NCBI GenBank assembly: GCA_043745805.1 | Contig: JAYTSD010000006.1 | Location: 32,001 to 96,000, forward strand | DNA: 64,000 nucleotides | Direction of reading: 5' to 3' | Source: Fibrobacteria bacterium | GTDB taxonomy: Bacteria > Fibrobacterota > Fibrobacteria > UBA11236 | In this document: positions 1 through 9,173 of the stretch, piece after piece | Position numbering within the stretch: position 1 is the first letter of the stretch | How the letters are laid out: every line of letters starts with the position of its first letter | Notes under the pieces: model-generated | What the model was told of the DNA's origin: nothing | What the model saw: the letters and a program-made list of their open reading frames with translations, nothing else | The model's database searches: none | Program-made: the position numbers and the translations under genes

Positions 1-366
1 ACTTTGCACAAATACTAAATCGGAAAAAGTGTTTTCGGGCAAATAATTTTCCAAGGGATTTAAATCGTCGTGACCCAAATCAGTTAGCACACAGCTCATA
101 TAGCGATTAAAAAAATGATCCACTAATTGCCGGTTTTCTTCTTCATGATCCCCTAATAATTTTTCGAAAAGTTTTTCACTCTGATTTTTGGTTTGTTTTA
201 AAAGTTGTACAAATAATCCTAAGGCGGAATCGTCCACTTCTTCGCCTAGCAATAATAATTGCCGAGAAGTCATGCGATTGAGCTCTTGCGGAGAGCTTAA
301 GCTTTCTCCTCCCGGTAAAGAGGCGAGATAAGCTAAAATCATTTTTTCATTTTCTTCGGAAAGCAT
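1..366 (-). CDS. Hypothetical protein, partial (runs off the left edge)
   Basis: Own translation from ATG at 366: MLSEENEKMILAYLASLPGG...FSDLVFVQS, open to position 1; absent from the ORF track because it has no stop in the window; co-oriented downstream of murD. Confidence 0.7.
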   Translation of the reverse strand, partial: MLSEENEKMILAYLASLPGGESLSSPQELNRMTSRQLLLLGEEVDDSALGLFVQLLKQTKNQSEKLFEKLLGDHEEENRQLVDHFFNRYMSCVLTDLGHDDLNPLENYLPENTFSDLVFVQS

Positions 367-414
367 ATGAATCCCTATTTCGCTAAAGAATAGCAAGCCA
401 TTTTGCTAAAGAGG

Positions 415-1782
415 TTAAAGCGCATGAATTAATTTTTTAAACATTTTTCCTCTTTCCTTATAATTAGCAAACAACCCAAAAGACGCGCAGGCAGGTGAAA
501 GTAAAATGGCTCCCGCTGAAATATTTTCCTGTAAAAACCTTAAAGCTTCAGGTAAATCATCGCAAAATTTTAGGGTGCTTGGCGAATGCTGTTTTTGTAA
601 ATCACTTAAAAGTTTTGGTCCGGTTTGTCCGATAAACGCTATGCATAAGAGACGAGAAGTACTCATGAGTGCCGTTATTAAATCAGCAAAATCAGCATGC
701 TTATCGGATCCGCCGAGTATCAGTCCAAAATGGAGATTTAATAAGGGGGTGGATTTTTCTTCGTACATTTGATTGAGTGTTGCGACCGCGGCAATAGTGG
801 CATCAGGGCGTGTGGCATAAGAGTCATTGAAATAATCAATGTTCTGATGGTGACGAATAAATTCCAAACGATGCTCTAAACCAGAAAAATCTTTTAAAGC
901 TTTTAAGGCTTGGTGTTGTGGAATGCCTAGAATTAAAGCGGCCGCTAAAGCCGCTGCGGCATTTTCCAAATTAAAGGCGCCGGGTAGATGCATTTCTGCT
1001 AAAAGTACGATTAAGCTTTTGGCTGGCCATTGTAAAGAGTGATTTGACAATACGATATCACCCCTTTTCCCAAAAGAAATTTTTTGCGCAGGGCTTTGCT
1101 TAGCTAAATAAATACTGCCTTCGGCATCATTATTGAATATGAGGTGATCATTGGGTTTTTGTGCCGCAACCAAATGGCTTTTGTGTTTCCAATACTCCGC
1201 AAGGTTTATATGCCAATCCAAATGCTCGCTGGTGGTTTTAAGAATAATGGCTACATGCGGACTTTTGTTGAGGGTAGAAAGTTGAAAACTAGATAATTCC
1301 AAAATCACTAAATCTTCTGGGGCGATAGCAGGGATCAAATCAAGGGCCGCTACACCGATGTTACCTCCGAGATGTATGGTGCGTTTTTCCGCATGCGCTT
1401 CCAATAATTTTTGCAATAAACTGCAACAAGTTCCTTTGCCTAAAGTACCGGTTACTCCAATGATTTGAGAGGCAGGAATGAGGTCCATAAAGAGTTCGAT
1501 TTGGGAGGTCACTTTTGCGCCCGATGCTTGAAAGGTCACTAGCTCTGGCAAATCAGGACGAATTCCTGCGGAGCGAAATAAAAGACGAATCTCCGGTAAA
1601 CGTGATAAATAATTTTCCTCACCCGCATAATTTAAAGGGACAGGCAGGTTTTTGGGAGGAATTTTATCAAAAATTAAGATATCCCTATGACCTTGTGCCA
1701 ATAAAAACCGCGCTGTGCTTTGTCCTTCTACCCCAAAACCAAGAATACCGATAGGGGTTGCAAGATTAATCTCATTAGTCAT
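415..1782 (-). CDS. murD: UDP-N-acetylmuramoyl-L-alanine--D-glutamate ligase
   Basis: GFGVEG N-terminus, P-loop GVTGTLGKGT, GGNIG, LELSSFQL, HLDWH, GLEHRLE, NDSYAT, LLSPACASFGLFANYKERG: MurD signature motifs. Confidence 0.93.
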   Translation of the reverse strand: MTNEINLATPIGILGFGVEGQSTARFLLAQGHRDILIFDKIPPKNLPVPLNYAGEENYLSRLPEIRLLFRSAGIRPDLPELVTFQASGAKVTSQIELFMDLIPASQIIGVTGTLGKGTCCSLLQKLLEAHAEKRTIHLGGNIGVAALDLIPAIAPEDLVILELSSFQLSTLNKSPHVAIILKTTSEHLDWHINLAEYWKHKSHLVAAQKPNDHLIFNNDAEGSIYLAKQSPAQKISFGKRGDIVLSNHSLQWPAKSLIVLLAEMHLPGAFNLENAAAALAAALILGIPQHQALKALKDFSGLEHRLEFIRHHQNIDYFNDSYATRPDATIAAVATLNQMYEEKSTPLLNLHFGLILGGSDKHADFADLITALMSTSRLLCIAFIGQTGPKLLSDLQKQHSPSTLKFCDDLPEALRFLQENISAGAILLSPACASFGLFANYKERGKMFKKLIHAL

Positions 1783-1874
1783 ATTTTCTCTTGAAGGTTA
1801 GCTACAAGTTTCCTTGTAGCAATTCCACGCATATTTTATATTCACAGCGGTTCACAACCCCCATGGAGGTTTCG

Positions 1875-2621
1875 GTGAAAGTTGAAATTCTATTAATCGC
1901 GCTATTATTTAGCGTCTCACTCAATGCTTTAATCACGGCACTCAATGCTCGTGGCTCAATTCGCATGATTTTATCTTATTTCTTTGCATTTTTATGCTTT
2001 GGGGTAGCGGTATTTTTTGCGATACAATCACAATCTAATTCCCCATCCTTAGCTCCCTTGGTGTCCATTGAACAGCCAACCAAAAATTTAACAACAATGC
2101 CAGAAAAAGTGGAAGCGGCACCAATAATGGAATTGCCAGCAACTTCGTCTTCACCTTCGCACGAAGGTATCATCATAGCTCCCTCAGCTATTGATTCACA
2201 ATCCATAGTCGCCTCCCATAATGATGCGGCAGTTGGCGAAGCCAAACAACAATTAAAAAATATTCTGGAAGCTGCACTACGCATGCAACGCGTGCTTTCG
2301 GCATTAAATACCGAAGGTATTTCAGAATTATCGGATCAGGAATACGAACAGACCCAAAGCAAGGCCGCCGGTTTTGTAACGGAGGCGAGAAAAATTCGCG
2401 ATCGCGCCATTGCCATTGGCAAAGTACCCGAGGCAGTTAAGGATGCAAAAGAAACCCTGGAAAAGGGATTAGAAAATTTAGTGGCTGCGGCAACTAATTA
2501 TGAGCGCTTTTTTAAATCTGAAAATAAAACCGAAGAAGAGGAGAGAGATTCTGCTTTTCGCAAAGCAGCCGTATCCTCGGCAGGTTTATTTAAAAGAGCT
2601 GGCGACTTAATCGCTAAATAG
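1875..2621 (+). CDS. Hypothetical membrane-anchored protein (2 N-terminal TM helices, Pro/Ser linker, helical C-domain)
   Basis: ORF 1791..2621; GTG at 1875 has GGAGG 5 nt upstream and is followed by two hydrophobic segments. Confidence 0.6.
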   Translation: MKVEILLIALLFSVSLNALITALNARGSIRMILSYFFAFLCFGVAVFFAIQSQSNSPSLAPLVSIEQPTKNLTTMPEKVEAAPIMELPATSSSPSHEGIIIAPSAIDSQSIVASHNDAAVGEAKQQLKNILEAALRMQRVLSALNTEGISELSDQEYEQTQSKAAGFVTEARKIRDRAIAIGKVPEAVKDAKETLEKGLENLVAAATNYERFFKSENKTEEEERDSAFRKAAVSSAGLFKRAGDLIAK

Positions 2622-2645
2622 ATATTTGTATTCAGGAGTAAAAGA

Positions 2646-3017
2646 ATGTCATTAGTTCCAGAAAATTTGATGTATACCAAAGACCATGAATGGGCAAAAA
2701 TACAAGGTCAAGAAGCGACAATTGGAGTAACCGATCATGCACAACGGGAGTTGGGCGATATCGTTTTTGTGGAATTGCCTAAGGTGGGCGCTAAGGTGGA
2801 AAAAGGCGAGAGCTTTGGAACGATTGAAGCCGTAAAAACGGTGGCCGAATTATACGCTCCCGTAACCGGTACGGTACTAGAAATCAACACGACTTTAGCT
2901 ACTGATGCTGGCGTTTTAAATAAAGATCCTTATGGTGAGGGTTGGATTATAAAAATCAAAGTTTCGGAAATGGCTGACGATTTGATGGATGCCGCAGCTT
3001 ATAAAGCGATTATTTAG
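2646..3017 (+). CDS. gcvH: Glycine cleavage system H (lipoyl carrier) protein
   Basis: YTKDHEW, GVTDHAQRELGDIVFVELP, lipoyl-Lys IEAVKTVAELYAPV, NKDPYGEGWI; AGGAG RBS. Confidence 0.95.
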   Translation: MSLVPENLMYTKDHEWAKIQGQEATIGVTDHAQRELGDIVFVELPKVGAKVEKGESFGTIEAVKTVAELYAPVTGTVLEINTTLATDAGVLNKDPYGEGWIIKIKVSEMADDLMDAAAYKAII

Positions 3018-3026
3018 TTAATCTCT

Positions 3027-4214
3027 CTAACAAAATCCCATTAAGAATTTAGCAGCTGGCATTACCCTTATGCCGGTTTGTTTATCCGTGTAATCCTTAC
3101 GCCCTGTTAAGGTGACGAGAAAGCGATTGGGCACGTCTAATTTATCGCCGAAAAAGGCTAAAGTCCCTAATCCATCTGCCTCGGATAATTTGCACTCCAC
3201 TAATAGCCAAGGTTTTTTTTCCCATACAATTAAAAAATCAACTTCACGCTTTTCTCTATCGCGCACAAAAAAAAGCTCTACCTTCAATCCAAAAAGATCT
3301 TGTTGTAAGTGGCAATATTTGAGCAGATGTGAGGCTATCATATTTTCAAAGCGGGGCCCTTCTTGGGCTATTTCCGACCAATCCCAGAGATAGTATTTGG
3401 TTTCTTTTTTTAAGGCTCTTTCCAAACGCTTATGATAAGGTGGGACGGAGAATAGATAGTAGTTGCGAAGTAGTATTTCCAGCCAGTTTTTAAGCGTCTT
3501 ATCGCTTATTTCTAGGTCGACACTAAGTGAGCTTAATGATAAAGGTGAGGAAACACGTGAGGGTAACATTTCTGCTAACAATTCCATTTTGGAAAATTGC
3601 TGAATATTTTCAATGGCACGAATATCTTCGCGAAACAAGCGTTCAAAGCGTTCCTTTTGCCAACGCTTAAGGGTGCGTTCCTGACCGGATAATAAAGGTT
3701 CAGGGAAGCCGCCTAAGTGAAATAATGCCTCGATATTTTTTCCGGTTTTATCAAAAGTTAATATAGGCGCATGTTTAGAGAATGTGCGTAAGGGTGGCTT
3801 ACTATTTTCTAATTCAAATAGTGAAAAAGGGTGAAGACGATAATAATGATAACGTCCCAATAAAGAGTCTCCGCCGCGTCGGAAAATATCTAAGCGTGAG
3901 CTACCGGTAACCAAAATTTTTTGCTGGGCTTCGCGAGTGTCCCAGATTCCTTTAATTTGCGATTTCCAACCATGACTTTTGTGAATTTCATCGAATACCA
4001 AAAACTCGGTTTCTTCGGGCCAAACCATATCTAAAATACGGCGACGATGATCGCGTCGATCCCAATTCAAATAGATTGAATGTTTAAAATGCTGTGTAAT
4101 ATTGCGTGCCAAGGTAGTTTTGCCTACTTGCCGTGGCCCACCCAAGAAAACCATCTTTTTTTGAAGATCTTCTAAAATGTAGGGTTCAAGGTGTCGGGTT
4201 TTTAATAAATCCAT
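3027..4214 (-). CDS. AAA+ ATPase of the AAA_14/DUF4143 family with C-terminal PD-(D/E)xK-like domain
   Basis: GPRQVGKTT Walker A, FDEIHK Walker B, VTGSS, GGFPE, FENMIASHL, EKREVDF...VECK. Confidence 0.88.
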   Translation of the reverse strand: MDLLKTRHLEPYILEDLQKKMVFLGGPRQVGKTTLARNITQHFKHSIYLNWDRRDHRRRILDMVWPEETEFLVFDEIHKSHGWKSQIKGIWDTREAQQKILVTGSSRLDIFRRGGDSLLGRYHYYRLHPFSLFELENSKPPLRTFSKHAPILTFDKTGKNIEALFHLGGFPEPLLSGQERTLKRWQKERFERLFREDIRAIENIQQFSKMELLAEMLPSRVSSPLSLSSLSVDLEISDKTLKNWLEILLRNYYLFSVPPYHKRLERALKKETKYYLWDWSEIAQEGPRFENMIASHLLKYCHLQQDLFGLKVELFFVRDREKREVDFLIVWEKKPWLLVECKLSEADGLGTLAFFGDKLDVPNRFLVTLTGRKDYTDKQTGIRVMPAAKFLMGFC

Positions 4215-4216
4215 AC

Positions 4217-4280
4217 TGATAATTTCGTATAGTATTCCGAAATTGTCAAGACAATTTCGTATAGGACTCCGAAATTGTCA
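4217..4280. repeat. Two tandem 32-bp imperfect palindromes (TGACAATTTCG-N10-CGAAATTGTCA) abutting the ATPase start codon; probable operator/promoter
   Basis: 4217-4248 tgataatttcgtatagtattccgaaattgtca; 4249-4280 agacaatttcgtataggactccgaaattgtca. Confidence 0.8.
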
Positions 4281-4316
4281 GGTTGGTTGAAAGGGTATTT
4301 CTGGATTTTCGTTGCT

Positions 4317-5543
4317 TTAGAGCAGGACTTCCTGAGGCAGAGTGTGACTCAGGAAGCTGCTGGGGCTCATGCTCAGCCCATAGGCACCCGAATTAGGGAT
4401 AATTAATAAATCACCTTCTTCCGCTTGCGGCAGTTCAATTTGTTGCCCAAAAGTATCCAGTGGTGTGCATAGCGATCCGGCTACGTTTACCTTTTCCAAA
4501 GGGGCATTTAATTTATTGGCCACGGTGAGTAACATTTGGCGGCGAATAGGGCTTTGGCTGATATTTCCCGAAGCCGCAAGATGATGATGCATGCCTCCAT
4601 CCACCATTAAGAATATTTGCCCACGCGAAATTTTCTTGTATAAAATACGAGTAATATATAAACCACATTCCCCTACTAAATAACGACCTAATTCAATTTT
4701 TAAATGGGTATGTGGCAAAAGAGGAACATATTGATCCATGAGTTTTTGTAAGCCTAACCCTACGGCGGCTAAATCAAGTTCATTATCCCCTTTAAAATAA
4801 GGAATACCAAAACCTCCCCCAAGATTCAAAATTTGTATAGGTAACTTTAAGGTTTCCTGTAACTCATGAGCATATTCTAAAATTTTCCCCATCGCTTCGA
4901 GTATGGAATCCGCATTGAGGTTTTGTGTGCCGGCAAAAATATGTATGCCCTTCCATTCCAAATAGACCGAGCTTTGCAGGCGTTGGATTAAATCGGGAAC
5001 GCGCTCACTGTCGATACCAAATGCTTTGGAGCCACCTCCCATTTTAAGTCCTGAGCGTGAAAGTTCAAAAGCGGGATTAACACGAATAAGGATATTGGCT
5101 TTTTTGCCGAGCTCCTTGGCGATGGCTTCAGCAAAATCAACTTCTCTTTCGCTTTCTACACTTAAAGTACCAATATCATGGGAAATGGCAAAGCGTATTT
5201 CTGCTTCGGTTTTGCTAGGGCCTGCAAAGCTCATTTTCTTGGCTGCGACACCCGCTTGTAAAGCTTTTTCCATTTCACCGGCGGAGGCTAAATCTAAGCC
5301 TGTATAAAGCTTGCCTAAGGCACGAATGATTTCCACATGGGGATTGGCTTTTACGGCATAGGTGACTTCTAAGTTACGGGGTAAATATTTTTTTAACTCG
5401 GCTTGACGGGCGGCAAGCACGGAGGAGTCGAATATATAAAGCGGTGTGCCATAGGTTTTAGCTAAAGCAGTAATGGGCTTTCCGGCGACTTGTAATACGC
5501 CTTCTTTTTGAGAAAAGTGTTTGAAAAGAAAAGGGATTTCCAT
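4317..5543 (-). CDS. PLP-dependent decarboxylase (LysA/ODC fold), exosortase-A-system-associated type
   Basis: YAVKANP PLP lysine, FAGPSKT, HIFAGTQ, LNLGGGFGIPYF, ELGRYLVGE, DGGMHHHLAASGN, GSLCTPLD, SGAYG; adjacent to AMP ligase. Confidence 0.88.
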   Translation of the reverse strand: MEIPFLFKHFSQKEGVLQVAGKPITALAKTYGTPLYIFDSSVLAARQAELKKYLPRNLEVTYAVKANPHVEIIRALGKLYTGLDLASAGEMEKALQAGVAAKKMSFAGPSKTEAEIRFAISHDIGTLSVESEREVDFAEAIAKELGKKANILIRVNPAFELSRSGLKMGGGSKAFGIDSERVPDLIQRLQSSVYLEWKGIHIFAGTQNLNADSILEAMGKILEYAHELQETLKLPIQILNLGGGFGIPYFKGDNELDLAAVGLGLQKLMDQYVPLLPHTHLKIELGRYLVGECGLYITRILYKKISRGQIFLMVDGGMHHHLAASGNISQSPIRRQMLLTVANKLNAPLEKVNVAGSLCTPLDTFGQQIELPQAEEGDLLIIPNSGAYGLSMSPSSFLSHTLPQEVLL

Positions 5544-5579
5544 AACATGTCCTTACTAATTTTTTCTAAAATACTTTTC

Positions 5580-7187
5580 TTATTTACTCTTAATGCCAAG
5601 TTTTTCAAAAACTTGCTTTTTAATCAGCGAACGATCCAATTTACCATTGGCATTGCGTGGTAAATCATCACGAATTTCCAACCCTTGCGGAATCATATAA
5701 GGCGGCATGGTTTTTTTGCAATAATCGAGGAGCAACTCTTGGGTTACGGATTGGCCTTCAATTCCCGAAAGAATTAAATAAATACTTTGCCCATAAATTT
5801 CATGCGGAATACCTAAAGCCATCACCGCCGAAACAAAACCTGAAGAATAAACGATTTCTTCGATTTCCGTGGGGCTAATACGATTGCCCGCGCTTTTAAT
5901 CATTTCATCATTACGACCCACAAAATACAAAAGCCCATTTGCTTCAATGCGTACACGGTCGCCGGAGTAAACCACGATTTCGGGATTAGGCACTTCCTTA
6001 GATTGCAAAGGATTATGCCGATAGCGAATGGCGGTAAGTTCAGGTGCATTCCAATACCCTTGCGCCACTAATACACCGCGATGCACGAGCTCCCCTATTT
6101 CTCCACTTTTAACGGCTTGATGATTTTCATCGAGCACTAAAATTTCTTCGCCTGGAATGGCCTTGCCCATGGACGTGGGGAATTGATCGGTAAGCGAAGG
6201 ATCAAGAAAGGTGGAGCGAAACGCTTCCGTGAGGCCATACATTAAATACAAATCCACCTTAGGCGCACGCGCGCGAATTTCGCGCACTAATTTTTCGGGA
6301 ATCGCTCCACCTGAATTGGTGAAGTAACGCAAAGACGGTAATTCTTCGCCTTTCCAAGGGATTTGCAAAAGTTGAATCCATGTAGTCGCTACGGCAGCGA
6401 TGCCGGTAATTTCAAATTTTTTCGCCGTGGTAATAATGTCTTTAGGAAATAAATAATCGAGTAAAACAATTTGGGCGCGACATAAAAATGTGGTGGTGAG
6501 TTGATTCAAACCATAATCAAAACCAAAAGTTAAAATACTCAGTAACCGATCATTTTCATTGATTTTTAAATACTCCGCAACGGTTTTAGCGCCGGCCACC
6601 AAATTCAAATGACTTAATACCACGCCTTTGGGGCTGCCGGTAGATCCTGAGGTATAAAGGATGGCTGCTAAATCGGGCTCCACCACATAAGGTAATGTTA
6701 ATGTTTCGGTAACATTTAAAGCATCGCTCCAATCGATAATATTGATTCCAGCTAATGTCAATTCATTGGCGGCTTCTTTAGCATCTTCAATCTTGCCGAT
6801 AGCGATAATGGTATGTAATTCCGGTAGCATTTCCCGATTTTCGGCTATTAAGGATAGTCGATTATAAGTCGTGATTAAAATTTTCGATCCACTGTCTTTT
6901 AAAATATGGGCAGCTTGAGAGCTATGCGAAAGACGACGAATCGGCACGAATACAGCACCGGCCATACTAATACCAAATATGCAGCTAACCTTTTCAAAAC
7001 GCTTTTCTAAAAAGAAGGCAACTCTATCGCCTTTAACAATGCCTTTCGAAATAAGGACCTGTGCTAATTGTTCGCTTTCCTTTTGGAAATGGGCATAGGT
7101 TTTACTTTCCTGTTTATGGAATACCGCGATTTTTTCCGGACAGACTTTAGCGGCATTTTGCAAAATTTGATGTAATACTCTTATCAT
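5580..7187 (-). CDS. AMP-forming acyl/aminoacyl ligase, exosortase-A-system-associated type
   Basis: ILYTSGSTGSPKGV, MYGLTEAFRST, SGD, GRNDEMIKSAGNRISPTEIEE, LPRNANGKLDR. Confidence 0.9.
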   Translation of the reverse strand: MIRVLHQILQNAAKVCPEKIAVFHKQESKTYAHFQKESEQLAQVLISKGIVKGDRVAFFLEKRFEKVSCIFGISMAGAVFVPIRRLSHSSQAAHILKDSGSKILITTYNRLSLIAENREMLPELHTIIAIGKIEDAKEAANELTLAGINIIDWSDALNVTETLTLPYVVEPDLAAILYTSGSTGSPKGVVLSHLNLVAGAKTVAEYLKINENDRLLSILTFGFDYGLNQLTTTFLCRAQIVLLDYLFPKDIITTAKKFEITGIAAVATTWIQLLQIPWKGEELPSLRYFTNSGGAIPEKLVREIRARAPKVDLYLMYGLTEAFRSTFLDPSLTDQFPTSMGKAIPGEEILVLDENHQAVKSGEIGELVHRGVLVAQGYWNAPELTAIRYRHNPLQSKEVPNPEIVVYSGDRVRIEANGLLYFVGRNDEMIKSAGNRISPTEIEEIVYSSGFVSAVMALGIPHEIYGQSIYLILSGIEGQSVTQELLLDYCKKTMPPYMIPQGLEIRDDLPRNANGKLDRSLIKKQVFEKLGIKSK

Positions 7188-7189
7188 TT

Positions 7190-8062
7190 TTATCCCCGTG
7201 ACATAAAGGGCTGCAAGGCCCTCCAGGTTAATTCACTGATTTTATTTTTGGAACCAGGTGTGGAAAAGGTATGATCCGATCCCTCCACAGTTTGGACTAT
7301 TACTTTTTGTTTATTTAAAAGTTCGGCAGTTTGAGTTTGTGCATTAAAATAAGCTTGAAATTCTTTAGCGGTAAAATCTTCTGTGCTTAAAAATAGATGA
7401 ATAGGTTTATTCGCCTTCACAAAATTTAAAATTCCGGCATATACTTTTTTCGGTAAAGATTGTTCAGCGGTACTGGCCTGTTCCGATTTTGCGGAAGAAT
7501 TTTTAAAGCAAGTCTTAATTATCATTTGCATTAAAGATTGTAGCGATTGTAAAGGATTAAAACGTAGCGTAATCACTTTAATAATAAAGTCCTTAGAAAA
7601 AAATCTCTGCCCATAATAATGTTTGAGCATAGTTTTGGCTTCACCCTGTTCGGTATGGATATAGGGATTGCAGAGAATTAATCCTTGTACTCGTTGCGTC
7701 AATGACGCAGTCATTACCGTGGCTGCCGCTCCATCGCAAAGCGACCAAATCACTACATTTCGCAAATGGGAATATTGCGCAAAAGCAAATTCTACTGCGG
7801 AATTAATAGACGCACTGGCGGATTCAAAGCCACTAAATTCCCCTTCGGCATCGCCATTGCCAGCATAGTCAAAACGAAGTACCGTAACACCTTTATTACT
7901 TAGCTCTCTGGCAATTTGTACAAAGGAGCGATGGCTTCCTACTCGATTTTGCGGACCGCCAATCACCATAATCATTAAAAAAGAAAATTCCGGCATAGCG
8001 CGATGTAATATGCCATATAAATTTTTCCCCTCGGCAGAAAATGAAATGACTTCTTCTTTCAT
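7190..8062 (-). CDS. Alpha/beta hydrolase 1 (exosortase-A-associated type)
   Basis: GGPQNRVGSHRSF, RFDYAGNGDAEG, nucleophile elbow WSLCDG, C-terminal DHTFS. Confidence 0.85.
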   Translation of the reverse strand: MKEEVISFSAEGKNLYGILHRAMPEFSFLMIMVIGGPQNRVGSHRSFVQIARELSNKGVTVLRFDYAGNGDAEGEFSGFESASASINSAVEFAFAQYSHLRNVVIWSLCDGAAATVMTASLTQRVQGLILCNPYIHTEQGEAKTMLKHYYGQRFFSKDFIIKVITLRFNPLQSLQSLMQMIIKTCFKNSSAKSEQASTAEQSLPKKVYAGILNFVKANKPIHLFLSTEDFTAKEFQAYFNAQTQTAELLNKQKVIVQTVEGSDHTFSTPGSKNKISELTWRALQPFMSRG

Positions 8063-8907
8063 AGGATTTTTTTCAACCCAGCCAGCGAGGCATTATTTAA
8101 CGTAGGCGCATCCCAACGCCAATACCTATCCCAAAAGGGTTCTAGGGCTAAGGCTTCGGATTGAATTTTTTCGCTCGGCCCTATATTTTGCGCCCATTTT
8201 TGTAAGGGTGGTGTAATAGCTTCGCCTATTGAAATAATAAGTGTAGGAATGTTTAGCGTGATTTTTTTTTCGGCAAAATCCAAAAAGGAATGATATAAGT
8301 CGGGACTAAAAGGATAGCCCATCACTTCAAAACTCTCCCCACTTTCCAGTTGTTGCATTAAAGATTTAACCGTAACACCGGAATTACCTCCGCTTGTAAT
8401 GCCGGTACTTAATTTTTGTCGCAAAAATTGCTGTAAAAAAAGTTTAATGTCGGGTAAGGGTTGCCAAAGCAAAAGAAAAGTGATCTCGGAATGCATGGCC
8501 GCATAATAAGCGGCTAAATTCGCCCCTAAGCGTAAGCCCCATAAACCTATTTGCGTGGCTTGAGATTTGGCTTTTAATAATTCAATAGCCGATCCGATTT
8601 CGGCTAACCAGTTTTGCAAAGAGGCCTCGTTTAAATCGCCTTCACTATCGCCACAGCCACTAAAATCAAAACGCAAAACGGCAAACCCATTTTGCGCCAA
8701 GGTACGCGCGGTTTTCACGACTATGCTATGGCTTTGATTTTTTTCTTCGGCAAAAGGATGACAATAAACTATGGCCGCCGAGGTTTGGATATTTTGTGCG
8801 GGATGATAAAATCCCAGCAATTGCCGACCTTGCCCATTTTGTGGGCCCGCAAAAAAAAACATCTCTTCAGCAACCATAGACAAACCAGAGGATAAACTAG
8901 GCAACAA
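8059..8907 (-). CDS. Alpha/beta hydrolase 2 (exosortase-A-associated type); start may be ATG at 8877
   Basis: HPFAEEKNQS, RFDFSGCGDSEG, elbow WGLRLG, LWQP, QQFLRQ, EVMGY. Confidence 0.82.
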   Translation of the reverse strand: MLPSLSSGLSMVAEEMFFFAGPQNGQGRQLLGFYHPAQNIQTSAAIVYCHPFAEEKNQSHSIVVKTARTLAQNGFAVLRFDFSGCGDSEGDLNEASLQNWLAEIGSAIELLKAKSQATQIGLWGLRLGANLAAYYAAMHSEITFLLLWQPLPDIKLFLQQFLRQKLSTGITSGGNSGVTVKSLMQQLESGESFEVMGYPFSPDLYHSFLDFAEKKITLNIPTLIISIGEAITPPLQKWAQNIGPSEKIQSEALALEPFWDRYWRWDAPTLNNASLAGLKKIL

Positions 8908-8909
8908 GC

Positions 8910-9155
8910 TTAAACTTTCTTTTGTACTAATTCCACCAAGGATTGTACCGATTCGAAAGATTCAGCCGATAAATCTTCATCTTCAAAAGCAAAACCGAAA
9001 TGCTCTTCCAAGGCCACAATTAAGCTATTCACGGCCATAGAATCCAATAGGTTACCTACCAATTTCATATCGTCGGGAATGGGCTTGGTACGATATTCAC
9101 CGCCGACGCTTTGGGCAATTATTTTTTTGATTTGTTCTTTTAGGTCTTGTGTCAT
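8910..9155 (-). CDS. Acyl carrier protein
   Basis: 81 aa, acidic, phosphopantetheine site LLDSM, LEEHFG...ESFESV. Confidence 0.85.
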   Translation of the reverse strand: MTQDLKEQIKKIIAQSVGGEYRTKPIPDDMKLVGNLLDSMAVNSLIVALEEHFGFAFEDEDLSAESFESVQSLVELVQKKV

Positions 9156-9173
9156 AATGATCTTTCCTGATTT

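Noticed and set aside
4217-4280. Possible mini-CRISPR array
   Set aside because: Only two abutting units with no unique spacers between them, and no cas genes in the window
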